NCBI GenBank assembly: GCA_963758525.1
Contig: CAVWVQ010000003.1
Span: 4,224,001-4,288,000 of the forward strand
Reading direction: 5' to 3'
Length of the DNA: 64,000 nt
Source of the DNA: an uncultured Phycisphaerales bacterium
GTDB lineage: Bacteria > Planctomycetota > Phycisphaerae > Tepidisphaerales > Tepidisphaeraceae
Every line of letters begins with the position of its first letter. The stretch's first letter is position 1. The notes beneath the pieces are model-generated. The model searched no databases. It was not told the DNA's origin and worked only from the letters and a program-made list of their open reading frames with translations. Of this stretch, positions 1 through 9,414 are shown one piece after another. Both the position numbers and the translations under genes were made by a program.

Positions 1-822
1 AAGGGCAAGTCGATTCTCGACAATCAGGATTTCGCCGCATTGCGCCAGCAGCTCGACGGGGGCAAAGCCGCATCGATCCAGTATATGGATTTGCGCGCCA
101 CCGCACCCGACGCTTATCCGTCATGGCGGGTGCTTGCGAGTCTCGATCAATTTGCCGACGTTGTCGGCGTCACCTCGCCCCCGACGCTGATGCCTCCCCT
201 CAAACAACTGATGGAGCATCTTTCCCCTGCCGGCCAGGCTTCATGGGCCGACGCCGCGGGCTGGCACATGCGATCGTTAAGCCCATTTCCCGGCGCCGAG
301 TTGCTCGCCACCGATCCCAGCTCGGTCGGAGCGGCTCAGGCTCCCGTCATGGTCAGCATCCTGCTGCCGGCGCTGAACCGCGCCCGCGAGCAGGCCAATC
401 GCGTGAAAAGCGCCAACAACCTCAAGCAGATGGGGCTGGCCGCCCTGATGTATTCCAACGAGCAGAAGGACGGCAGCCTTCCCCCCTCATTGGGCGTAAT
501 GATCACCAAAGAGGACCTCGGACCCGATGTGTTCGTGAACCCTCGCCGAAACAGCCCGGCTCCGCCTCCAGGTCTGGCCGGCGACGAGCGCGCCAAGTGG
601 GTCGATGAACATTCAGACTATGTCTGGCTCGGAAAAGGAAAGAAAAACAGCGCCGCCGCCGACGATATTCTCGCCTACGAAAAGTTCGAGGGACTCAGCG
701 AAGGTATCAACATTCTCTACGGCGACGGCCACGTGGAATTTCAGTTGATGGATGCCGCCCGCGATCAGATCAACAAGGCCACCCAATCCAACCCCGATCT
801 TCCCAAGAACGGCGGACTCTGA
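1..822 (+). CDS. Partial (5'-truncated by window) protein ending in a planctomycete pilin-like DUF1559/H-X9-DG-type domain
   Basis: Frame open from base 1; motifs ILLPALNRAREQANRVKSANNLKQMGLA and GINILYGDGHVEF. Confidence 0.8.
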   Translation, partial: KGKSILDNQDFAALRQQLDGGKAASIQYMDLRATAPDAYPSWRVLASLDQFADVVGVTSPPTLMPPLKQLMEHLSPAGQASWADAAGWHMRSLSPFPGAELLATDPSSVGAAQAPVMVSILLPALNRAREQANRVKSANNLKQMGLAALMYSNEQKDGSLPPSLGVMITKEDLGPDVFVNPRRNSPAPPPGLAGDERAKWVDEHSDYVWLGKGKKNSAAADDILAYEKFEGLSEGINILYGDGHVEFQLMDAARDQINKATQSNPDLPKNGGL

Positions 823-874
823 GTGCTCGCGCATAATAAGTTGATCAACGTCGAGGAAATGAATGACGCATTAC

Positions 875-929
875 GTAGCACAGCCGTGTCGGCTGTGGCC
901 CGAAATCACAGCCGAGACGGCCGTGCTAC
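875..929. repeat. GTAG-type REP doublet (inverted pair)
   Basis: GTAGCACAGCCGTGTCGGCTGTG ... CACAGCCGAGACGGCCGTGCTAC. Confidence 0.7.
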
Positions 930-1069
930 AGGGAAATCACCCTCTGCTCGCATCAGAAACGCTCAGAGGAGCACCCGGTCAGAAAAGTATCGATCGGAGC
1001 CGGCCCAGTTGAAGTCGTATCTCTGCGTCTGACGTATTCTGCGGGCATACATCGTTTGCCGAGGAGCGA

Positions 1070-1927
1070 ATGTCGATGGTCCCAACTCCAGTCACTGCAA
1101 AGGAAGGGGACATTCATGCCGATCTGAACGATCACTATCCGCTTTCGCCTGAGCTGATCGAGCACTTTCGGAAGCAGGGATTTGTCAAACTCAAGAACGT
1201 CTTATTGCCCCAGACGCTGGAATATTACGGACAGGTGATTACCGCGCAGGTCTTGCGGCTGAACGAGCAGACCAAGCCAATGAGCCAGCGGACCACGTAC
1301 GAAAAGGCCTTCCTGCAGATCATGAACCTCTGGACGAAGAGCGAAGTGGCCAGGGAGTTTGTCTTCAGCCGCAAGCTGGCGCGCATCGCGGCGGAGTTGA
1401 TGGGGGTGCGTGGCGTGCGGATCTATCACGATCAAGCGCTTTACAAAGAGCCGGGGGGAGGAGTCACGCCGTGGCATGCGGATCAGTTCTACTGGCCGCT
1501 CAGCAACGACAACACGATCACCGTCTGGATTCCACTGCAGGCGGTTCCCCGCGAAATGGGGCCTCTCGCGTTCAGCGCCACTAGCCAGAGGTTCAACGTC
1601 GGCCGCGACCTTGAAATCAGCGACGAAAGCGAACAGAAAATCAGCAGGCAACTGCTGGAGAGGGGCCTGCCGCTCGAGGAGACTCCTTTCGATCTGGGCG
1701 AAGTCAGCTATCACGCGGGCTGGACGTTTCACCGAGCCGGGCCCAATATTTCCGGGGAGCCGCGGAAGGTCATGACCGTCATTTATATGGAAGACGGCAT
1801 CCGCCTGGTCGCTCCCACCAGCAAAGCGCGGCAGAATGACTGGGATCGCTGGATGCCCGGAGCCAGGATCGGCGAAGTGGTCGACACCGCGTTGAATCCG
1901 GTTCTGTATCGGGGAGAGGGGCTGTAA
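1070..1927 (+). CDS. Phytanoyl-CoA dioxygenase (PhyH) family Fe(II)/2-oxoglutarate dioxygenase
   Basis: KEPGGGVTPWHADQ (HxD) and distal FHRAGPN histidine; GFVKLKNVL N-terminal motif. Confidence 0.9.
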   Translation: MSMVPTPVTAKEGDIHADLNDHYPLSPELIEHFRKQGFVKLKNVLLPQTLEYYGQVITAQVLRLNEQTKPMSQRTTYEKAFLQIMNLWTKSEVAREFVFSRKLARIAAELMGVRGVRIYHDQALYKEPGGGVTPWHADQFYWPLSNDNTITVWIPLQAVPREMGPLAFSATSQRFNVGRDLEISDESEQKISRQLLERGLPLEETPFDLGEVSYHAGWTFHRAGPNISGEPRKVMTVIYMEDGIRLVAPTSKARQNDWDRWMPGARIGEVVDTALNPVLYRGEGL

Positions 1928-2022
1928 CACCAAGCCGCCGATCGCGGCGGAATCCCTGGAACCGCGGCGGCTCCCGTCGGCGTCTGGCAGGCATCGTCGG
2001 CTTCTTCAACACATCGACGCTG

Positions 2023-2508
2023 CTAGTCTTCCCCCTGTCGACTGCTTTCGTCCCGTAATTCCTGTAGAAACGCCTCGGGCGACATGATCCGCAGATGGGG
2101 AAATCGCGATCGGAAATCCGCTGACCAAGGCTTGGCCGGGTTGGTCAGATTCAGCAGGTGCTTGTCGCGGGACACGATCACTTCGGCGCCGCCGGCAATT
2201 GCCAGATTTATGTACGCCGAGTCATCTTCATCGATAGGATGCTCAAATACCATCGCCGGTTCGTCGATCCTGACCGCGGCGTTGTTCAGCGCGGTGAGCA
2301 CTATCAAGACCCGATCTTCATTTACCCCAAGACTTCGCAGAAGACCCTTGTTCGGCAGCTCACCGATTTCCTGAATCACCCAATTCGATGCCAATAGGCG
2401 CTCTGGATCGTCGAGCACGGCCTGCAGACACAATCCTGCCGGCCCCTCCGGATTGAGCAGCGCCTCTGCGAAAACATTGCAGTCGAAGACGACATTCCGA
2501 TCACTCAC
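2023..2508 (-). CDS. PIN-domain putative toxin (VapC-like)
   Basis: VVFDCNV, DEDDSAYINLA, IVSRDKHLL acidic PIN motifs; overlaps upstream small gene. Confidence 0.85.
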   Translation of the reverse strand: MSDRNVVFDCNVFAEALLNPEGPAGLCLQAVLDDPERLLASNWVIQEIGELPNKGLLRSLGVNEDRVLIVLTALNNAAVRIDEPAMVFEHPIDEDDSAYINLAIAGGAEVIVSRDKHLLNLTNPAKPWSADFRSRFPHLRIMSPEAFLQELRDESSRQGED

Positions 2509-2761
2509 TGAACGGCCTTCCGCGGCGTTTCTCGCGCGCCGCGTGCTTCTCCCGTTCGAGCAGTTCGCCCATCTCCTCTTCGGTCATGCCGGTCTTGCGG
2601 AAGTTTTCCGCCACCTCGCCACTCAGCTCCCGGACCGTCACCCGCCGTGCTTCGCGCTCCAAAAGTTGTGCCGCGAAGGTAGTCACGTCCACTCCGGCGG
2701 CCCGTGCTTTGGTCGCCAGCCTTGCTTCGGTGTCCGGGTTGATGGGTACTGCCAAGGTCAT
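2501..2761 (-). CDS. Putative antitoxin (RHH-like N-terminus)
   Basis: 86 aa, MTLAVPINPDTEARLATKARAAG; 8-nt overlap with PIN gene; TATAAT then GGAG just upstream. Confidence 0.75.
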   Translation of the reverse strand: MTLAVPINPDTEARLATKARAAGVDVTTFAAQLLEREARRVTVRELSGEVAENFRKTGMTEEEMGELLEREKHAAREKRRGRPFSE

Positions 2762-3113
2762 GTTCTGACTCCATTATATCTCACGCATCACTCACTGAAC
2801 TTGCGCCCTGACTTTCCTTCGCGGGCTTCGTGCTTCACGCACTCGGGCATTTCCCGAACTCAACGGGACTGTCAGGGTCTTGCTTGCTTGTATTCTCACC
2901 CGACCAATCCGCTTATACCCCTGGTTATACTCGGCCAAAGCCGGAGCTAACGGTAAACTCGGTTCTCGTCGATTATACCATCACTATCCGTCACCCTTGA
3001 TCTTCTTCCCGATTTCGCATCGATCCATCGACCGCCTCGTAGCGCGAACACGGCGAAGCACTCCGCGCAGGCGTGTACGCGCAGCCGCAAAAGTGCGGTA
3101 TCCTCGTCCGAGC

Positions 3114-3959
3114 ATGTTTGGCTCTCATCTTTCCATCGCTGGCGGTTTGCACAATGCTCTTCTTGAGGCGGAGCGCCTGGGGTGTGAAGTCGTGCAAATC
3201 TTTACCAAGAACCAGCAGCAGTGGGCCTGCGCTCCGCTGGCGGAGAGCGTAATTGCTGATTGGACCACGCATCGCAAGCGGCTCAGATTCAAGCACACCG
3301 TCAGCCACGACAGCTATTTGATCAACCTGGCTTCCCCGGATGAAGCGTTGCGGCAGAAAAGTGTTTCGCTGTTTGCCGAAGAACTTCGTCGCTGCGTGAT
3401 TCTCGGCATCCCGTATCTGGTGACGCATCCGGGCGCCCACATGGGGGAAGGGGAGGAAGCCGGTCTGGCACGCGTCGCAAAATCGCTCGATGAGGTTCAC
3501 GAGATCGTGCCGGCCGACGGGGTGGTCACTTGCCTGGAGATCACAGCTGGTCAGGGAACGTCGCTGGGGTACCGACTGGAGCATCTCGCCGAGATCATCT
3601 CGCAGGTGAAGGCGCCGAAGCGACTGGGCGTCTGCCTCGACACGGCGCACCTCTTTGCAGCCGGATATGATTTTCGCGGCCGCAAGTACACAAAGTTTCG
3701 CAAACACGTCGAAGCGACGGTCGGCATCAGCCGGGTGAAGGTGCTGCACCTCAACGATTCCAAAAAAGAGCTCGGCAGCCGGGTCGATCGTCACGATCAC
3801 ATCGGCAAGGGAACCATCGGGGTGGATGGCTTCCGCCCGTTGGTGCGCGACAAGGCGTTTAAGAAGGTCCCCAAAATTCTTGAAACCCCCAAGGGCAAAT
3901 CCGATGATGGGCGGGAGTGGGATCAGATTAATCTGGAACTGCTGCGGTCGCTGATGTGA
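3114..3959 (+). CDS. nfo: Endonuclease IV (AP endonuclease family 2)
   Basis: FGSHLSIAGG, HDSYLINLAS, HPGAH, LEITAGQG, CLDTAH, HLNDSK, DRHDHIG, ILETP; start set at ATG 3114. Confidence 0.95.
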   Translation: MFGSHLSIAGGLHNALLEAERLGCEVVQIFTKNQQQWACAPLAESVIADWTTHRKRLRFKHTVSHDSYLINLASPDEALRQKSVSLFAEELRRCVILGIPYLVTHPGAHMGEGEEAGLARVAKSLDEVHEIVPADGVVTCLEITAGQGTSLGYRLEHLAEIISQVKAPKRLGVCLDTAHLFAAGYDFRGRKYTKFRKHVEATVGISRVKVLHLNDSKKELGSRVDRHDHIGKGTIGVDGFRPLVRDKAFKKVPKILETPKGKSDDGREWDQINLELLRSLM

Positions 3960-3965
3960 GAGTGA

Positions 3966-4243
3966 GGGGAAGGCACGAAGGGGGATAGGCACGAAGGCAC
4001 GAAGGCACGTAGACACGAAGGCACGTAGGCACGTAGGCACGTAGGCACGAAGGGGACGACGCTCGCGCGACAGATCTTAAAGTGCGATTCGACGCATGCG
4101 CTGGGAAGATGAACGTCAGAAAGCTCTCGCCGCTCGCGGCCTCAGCCGCGTCATTCCCTTCGTGCCTTCGTGCCTTCGTGCCTTTGTGCCTTCGTGCCTT
4201 CGTGCCTTCGCGCCTATCTGCCCTCGTGCCTTCGTCCCTTCCC
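3966..4243. repeat. Short-tandem-repeat hairpin, 8-mer family (GGCACGAA)n ... (TTCGTGCC)n
   Basis: Array of about 9 octamer units followed about 90 bp later by its reverse complement; related copy at 45171-45333. Confidence 0.9.
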
Positions 4244-4359
4244 ACCCGTTCCAATGATCACCCCTCTTTTCCGTTGGATTTGCCCGGATCCTGCGGATAT
4301 ACTTCGATCAGGAGGGTTCGGGTCCCTCATCTCTTGCCGTTCGCGTATCGGAACTTGGA

Positions 4360-5460
4360 ATGGTTCTCCACATACTGCGAGCTTTTTTTGTCTTGTTGAT
4401 GGCCGCCGCCGGGTGGTTCTTTCTCGGGCACCGTCTGGGGCCGGGCGGGGAAGGAGCCTGGGTTTCGCTGCCAATTTCGTTGGCGCTGGGAGTCCTGATC
4501 GTCTGCGCCGATATTCTGGCGCCGCGGCGCAAGCTCACGGTTTTTGCCGGAACGTTCTTCGGGCTGATCGTCGGGATTGCCTTCGCGTATGGAATGAGCT
4601 TTGTCGTTCGCCTGCTGGTCGATCAACTGATCGGCGTGGTGAGCCTGCCTTGGACCACCGACCGGGAGACGATCATTCAGTTCACCAACCTGGTGCTTGG
4701 AATGGTTTCGTGCTACCTGGCAATCAGCTTCATCCTGCAGACCAAAGACGACTTTCGCTTTATCATTCCGTACGTCGAGTTCAGCAGGGAAACCAAAGGC
4801 GCCCGCCCGGTGTTGCTGGATACGAGCGTCTTGATCGATGGCCGCATCAACGACATTGTCATGACGGGGATTATCGAAAGTGAGATGATCGTCCCGCGAT
4901 TCGTGGTGGAAGAGCTGCACGCGGTGGCCGACAGTTCCGACAAGCTGAAGCGCAATCGCGGTCGGCGCGGTCTGGACGCGCTGACGAAGCTGCGTTCCAG
5001 CAAGGCCAGCGTCATCCTGTATGAGCCGACGCGCGACTCGGAGCTGCGGGGCACGGTCGATCAGATGCTGATGGTGCTGGCCAAGGACTTGCGCGCCCGC
5101 ATCCTGACGAACGATTACAATCTCAACAAGGTCGCGCAGCTTAGCGGGGTGGACGTGATCAATATCAACGATCTGGCCAACGCGCTCAAGCCGATCGTGC
5201 TGCCGGGTGAATTGATGACCGTCACCATCATCAAGGCCGGCGAGGAGCCGGGACAGGGCGTGGGCTACCTTGCCGACGGGACGATGGTTGTGGTCGAGCA
5301 GGCCCGGCAGTACGAGCGGGAGGACGTGGAATTTGTGGTGACGCGTGCGTTGCAGACCAGTGCTGGCAAAATGATTTTCGGCCGACTCGCGACCACGATG
5401 GCTGCAGATCCGGGCCGGCGCGCGCGTCCGGCGGGCAATCCGCAATCTCTTCCAACCTGA
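4360..5460 (+). CDS. Membrane-anchored PIN/TRAM-domain protein (YacL-like)
   Basis: N-terminal TM helices, LLDTSVLIDGRI, KRNRGRRGLD, TNDYNLNKVA, QGVGYLADGTMVVVE, QTSAGKMIFG. Confidence 0.93.
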   Translation: MVLHILRAFFVLLMAAAGWFFLGHRLGPGGEGAWVSLPISLALGVLIVCADILAPRRKLTVFAGTFFGLIVGIAFAYGMSFVVRLLVDQLIGVVSLPWTTDRETIIQFTNLVLGMVSCYLAISFILQTKDDFRFIIPYVEFSRETKGARPVLLDTSVLIDGRINDIVMTGIIESEMIVPRFVVEELHAVADSSDKLKRNRGRRGLDALTKLRSSKASVILYEPTRDSELRGTVDQMLMVLAKDLRARILTNDYNLNKVAQLSGVDVININDLANALKPIVLPGELMTVTIIKAGEEPGQGVGYLADGTMVVVEQARQYEREDVEFVVTRALQTSAGKMIFGRLATTMAADPGRRARPAGNPQSLPT

Positions 5461-5796
5461 ATGACGGTCCGGGCTCACGCGGTGGAGGCCCATATATCAT
5501 CCCGTCACCCTCGCAAAAGCACTGCTCAGCTCGCGCGGGCCGCGGATGTGCGTCCGCGGCTACGGACCTGTTCAAAGTGCGCGCAAAATCAGCATCGAGT
5601 TGATAGCGCCGTCACCTCTGCCGCGCTGGCGCAAAGAATTGGCAGCGACGGCATCCCTGCTGTGGGGCGAGCGCTGTGAAGCTCGGTGCCGCTGGCGTGC
5701 GATCTGAAGCTGCTGTCGGCTCTTACGTGGGTTTTCGAGCGATGCTTCTTCGTCGTCGCGGCTCTGTCCGAGCCGTTACTTTGGTCTCGCGCGTGA

Positions 5797-5812
5797 CGGC
5801 ATCGTTTTTGCC
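5797..5812 (+). promoter_or_regulatory. Putative sigma54 (-24/-12) promoter of glutamine synthetase
   Basis: CGGCATCGTTTTTGCC = GG-N10-GC about 105 bp upstream of the GS start; TGC-N11-GCA NtrC-like spacing at 5578-5594. Confidence 0.55.
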
Positions 5813-5917
5813 AAGGAATCTTTTACGCCGAAAAAGTGTAAACAACCCGCATAAAAATTCCACATAGGCAGTTCGACTCGGCGCGGGCCTGCCTGGAGAA
5901 TGGATGATTGAACGAAT

Positions 5918-6940
5918 ATGGCAAAGTACAAACTGGAATACATCTGGCTCGATGGTTACAAGCCTACCCCCAACATTCGCGGCAAGACCCTGGTCAAGGA
6001 TTTCGAGAGCTTCCCATCGCTGGAGCAGCTCCCGAACTGGGGCTTTGACGGCAGCTCGACCCAGCAGGCGGAGGGCCACAGCTCAGACTGCGTTCTCAAG
6101 CCCGTCGCACGTTATCTCGATACCACTGTCAAGAATGGCGTAATTGTCCTTTGCGAAGTTCTCCATCCCGACCTGACCCCTCACTCCACCAACGCCCGCG
6201 CCACCATCCTGGATGACCCGGAAACGTGGTTCGGGTTCGAGCAGGAGTATTTCCTGTACAAGGACGGACAGCCGCTCGGCTTCCCCTCGGAAGGGTTTCC
6301 CAAAGAAGGCCAGGGAAGATATTACTGCGGCGTCGGCTACAGCCTGATGGGCGACATCGCCCGCGAAATCGTCAACAAGCACCTCGATCTTTGCCTCGAC
6401 GCCGGCATCAACCACGAAGGAATCAACTCCGAAGTGGCAAAGGGCCAGTGGGAATTCCAGATCTTCGGCAAAGGCTCCAAAAAGGCCGCCGACGAAATGT
6501 GGGTGGCCCGCTACCTGCTCATGCGCCTCTGCGAAACATACAAGGTGGACGTGAACTGGCACTGCAAGCCGCTGGGCGCGACTGACTGGAACGGCTCTGG
6601 CATGCACTCCAATTTCTCCACCAAGTATCTCCGCGAAGTCGGCGGCAAGGAGTACTTCGAGTCGCTCATGGTGGCGTTCGACAAGTACAAAGCCGAGCAC
6701 ATCGCCGTCTACGGACCGGACAACCATATGCGCCTCACCGGGCTGCACGAGACCCAGGCCATCGATAAGTTCAATTACGGCGTCTCCAATCGCGGGGCGT
6801 CCATCCGCCTGCCGCACAGCATGCCGAAGAACGGCTACAAGGGCTACCTGGAAGATCGTCGCCCCAACTCGCAGGGCGACCCGTACAAAATCGCCAGCCG
6901 CATTCTCGAAACCATCGCCACCGTGCCGCTTCCGAAGTAA
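5918..6940 (+). CDS. glnII: Glutamine synthetase, type II (short, 340 aa)
   Basis: LEYIWLDG, WGFDGSSTQQAEG, WFGFEQEY, EVAKGQWEFQI, DWNGSGMHSNFS, RLTGLHET, GYLEDRRP. Confidence 0.93.
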   Translation: MAKYKLEYIWLDGYKPTPNIRGKTLVKDFESFPSLEQLPNWGFDGSSTQQAEGHSSDCVLKPVARYLDTTVKNGVIVLCEVLHPDLTPHSTNARATILDDPETWFGFEQEYFLYKDGQPLGFPSEGFPKEGQGRYYCGVGYSLMGDIAREIVNKHLDLCLDAGINHEGINSEVAKGQWEFQIFGKGSKKAADEMWVARYLLMRLCETYKVDVNWHCKPLGATDWNGSGMHSNFSTKYLREVGGKEYFESLMVAFDKYKAEHIAVYGPDNHMRLTGLHETQAIDKFNYGVSNRGASIRLPHSMPKNGYKGYLEDRRPNSQGDPYKIASRILETIATVPLPK

Positions 6941-6971
6941 TTCGGCGCGATCCGGTCGCTTGACACTCAAC

Positions 6972-7005
6972 ACAACGCCGCCCCTCACCGGGCGGCGTTG
7001 TTTTT
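6972..7005 (+). terminator. Rho-independent terminator after glnII
   Basis: ACAACGCCGCCC-loop-GGGCGGCGTTGT followed by T run. Confidence 0.85.
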
Positions 7006-7049
7006 GATTGGTGCTCTCTGCGAAAAGTGGAACCTGCTATAATCGGCGT

Positions 7050-7277
7050 ATGCCTCGTCGCGCGTATCTTGATCCCCGGCAGATTGAAGTGATCGATGAC
7101 ACGATGGCAAACGTGTTGCGGCGCCTCAGCGGCACGCGGAGACTTGAAGTCGCCAGCAAAATGCACGCTTCGGCGCGTTCGATGATCCGCCACCATCTCG
7201 CTTTGCAGAATCCGGGATGGAGTGAACAGCAATTGGCACGCGAGGTTGCGCGGAGGCTGCTGCATGGAGCATGCTGA
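7050..7277 (+). CDS. Small helical protein, putative antitoxin partner of downstream nucleotidyltransferase
   Basis: 75 aa from ATG 7050; TGCTATAAT extended -10 ends 6 nt before ATG; overlaps next gene. Confidence 0.7.
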   Translation: MPRRAYLDPRQIEVIDDTMANVLRRLSGTRRLEVASKMHASARSMIRHHLALQNPGWSEQQLAREVARRLLHGAC

Positions 7278-7839
7278 CTTTCTCCGTCACGTTGCCGACA
7301 TTCTTGATCGTCTCGAACTCCGCTATTTCATCACCGGGTCGTCAGCCAGCATTTATTACGGGGAACAGCGGTTTACGAACGATGTTGACGCGGTTGTCGA
7401 TCTCCCGCTGGGTCGAGTCGAGGAATTCTGCAGCCAATTTCCCGCCGACGACTATTACGTCAGCGTTGAAGCCGCTCGTGCGGCGGTGATGCAACACGGA
7501 ATGTTCAATGTCATCCATCCCACCGAAGGGCTGAAGCTTGATGTGATTATTCCTCCGCAGACTGCTTTCAGCCAAAGCTGCATGGAACGAGCTGTCCGGC
7601 ACCCGCTCGCGCGAGATGGTACAGCCGCCTTCAGCTCTGCCGAGGACGTCATCTTGAATAAGCTCGATTACTACCGCGAAGGCCAGAGCGAAAAGCACCT
7701 CCGCGACATCGCCAGCATGATCAAAATTCTTGGCGAGAAGCTTGATTTCACGTACATCGAGCAGTGGGCGCGGCGGCTGGATCTTGCCGACGAATGGCGG
7801 ATCGTACGCGAACGCGCCGCCGGTCCTTCCAACGTGTAG
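7264..7839 (+). CDS. Nucleotidyltransferase-fold protein (pol-beta superfamily), putative toxin
   Basis: YFITGSSAS...RFTNDVDAVV (GS...DxD), EDVILNKL, KHLRDI. Confidence 0.8.
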   Translation: MEHADFLRHVADILDRLELRYFITGSSASIYYGEQRFTNDVDAVVDLPLGRVEEFCSQFPADDYYVSVEAARAAVMQHGMFNVIHPTEGLKLDVIIPPQTAFSQSCMERAVRHPLARDGTAAFSSAEDVILNKLDYYREGQSEKHLRDIASMIKILGEKLDFTYIEQWARRLDLADEWRIVRERAAGPSNV

Positions 7840-7871
7840 ACACTCGCCCGCGCCCTCGTAAGATCCTCACG

Positions 7872-8736
7872 ATGCGATTCACCAAAATGCAGGGTCTCGG
7901 CAATGACTATGTCTATGTGAACGGCTTTGCCGAGCGCGTGAGCGATCCGGCCGCGACGGCGCAAAAAGTGGCCGATCGGCATTTTGGAATCGGCGCGGAC
8001 GGACTCATCCTCATTCTTCCTTCCGATCGTGCCGACGTGCGGATGCGCATGTTCAACGCCGACGGCAGCGAGGCGGAAATGTGCGGCAACGGAATCCGGT
8101 GCGTCGCCAAGTATGCCTTCGATCATGGTCTGTCCAGGAGCAATCCCATGCGCGTCCAGACCGGCAACGGCGTGCTCACGCTCGCGCTGGAAGTTGTTGG
8201 GGACAAGGTGCAAAGCGTGCAGGTCAACATGGGCGCGCCGATCCTCGCGCTGCCTGATATACCAGTCGATCCCCAAAAGATCGGCCGCGGCGCGGTCAAT
8301 CCGGAGCATCTGATTGTCGTCCCCACCGCGCCGCGCGCTACCATCGAGCTGAGCGCGACGTTCGTATCCATGGGCAATCCGCACGCCGTGATTTTCACTC
8401 CGGACGTAAATGCCGTCGATCTGGCAACGCTCGGCCCGCTCGTGGAGCATCACCCGGCCTTTCCACGGCGGGTCAACGCACATTGGGTTCAGGTTCATTC
8501 TCCCTCAGAGGTGACAATGCGCAGCCTGGGAGCGCGGGAGCGGCATTACGCTCGCGTGCGGGACCGGCGCCTGCGCCGTCGCTGTCGCCGGCGTGCTCAC
8601 GGGCCGGACGCAACGCTCGATCACCGCGCATCTGCCCGGCGGCGATTTGAAACTCGATTGGCGCGAGTCGGACGGTCATGTCTACATGACCGGCCCCGCG
8701 ACCGAGGTCTTCAGCGGGGAATGGACCGGCGAGTAA
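7872..8736 (+). CDS. dapF: Diaminopimelate epimerase (one +1 frameshift near 8525, likely sequencing error)
   Basis: [36 protein letters not shown]; shifted frame gives [17 protein letters not shown]...MTGPA, stop at 8734-8736. Confidence 0.92.
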
Positions 8737-8739
8737 TTC

Positions 8740-9336
8740 TCATCTTGCAAACGTTCCGACCAACTGTCCGCGCACCAGCACATGGCCTTCCATCGCTCCG
8801 ATCAGTTCGGAGCGACCGGCGCCCGGTTCGATATTGAGCATCGCGTCCAGCGCGAAAAGCTGGAAGAAATAGCGGTGGGGCGTGTCACCCTTCGGCGGGG
8901 CGCAGCCCGTATAGCCGAGCTTCAAGGATGAATTCTTCCCCTGCATCATCGCTGGCTTCGACAATTGCTTTTCGTTCGAAACAGCCGCAGGAAGCTCCAT
9001 CACCGACGGCGGCATGTTATAGACGAGCCAGTGCACAAACGGATTCGGCAGCGGCGCGTCGGGATCTTCTACGATCAGCGCCCACGACTGCGTGCCGGCC
9101 GGGGAACCCGACCAGTGCAAGGCCGGGGAAACGTTCCCGCCTTCGGCGCCGTGCAGTTCCGGAATCGGCTGGCCGTCATTAAAGGAATCCGCATGAAGTT
9201 CGATCTTCGCCGGCCCCTGCAGCCGGGGATTGGCGCCTGCCAGCCGGTCGTCGCCGGCTCGCGCACCGGGGACTCCGCCGGTGAGCAGGACGGGCGTTCC
9301 TGTCAGCAGCACCTTTGCGCTATGAGCGATTCCCAT
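8740..9336 (-). CDS. YbhB/YbcL family Raf kinase inhibitor-like (PEBP) protein
   Basis: NVSPALHW, VEDPDAP, FVHW, GYTGCAPPKGDTPHRYFF; AAGGAG upstream of ATG 9336. Confidence 0.9.
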   Translation of the reverse strand: MGIAHSAKVLLTGTPVLLTGGVPGARAGDDRLAGANPRLQGPAKIELHADSFNDGQPIPELHGAEGGNVSPALHWSGSPAGTQSWALIVEDPDAPLPNPFVHWLVYNMPPSVMELPAAVSNEKQLSKPAMMQGKNSSLKLGYTGCAPPKGDTPHRYFFQLFALDAMLNIEPGAGRSELIGAMEGHVLVRGQLVGTFAR

Positions 9337-9414
9337 GATGTCTCCTTGAAAAGACATCATTCTATTGAGCGGTGCAATCCGCGCGAGCGGTCGATATTCC
9401 GCTCCGGCAGCTTC

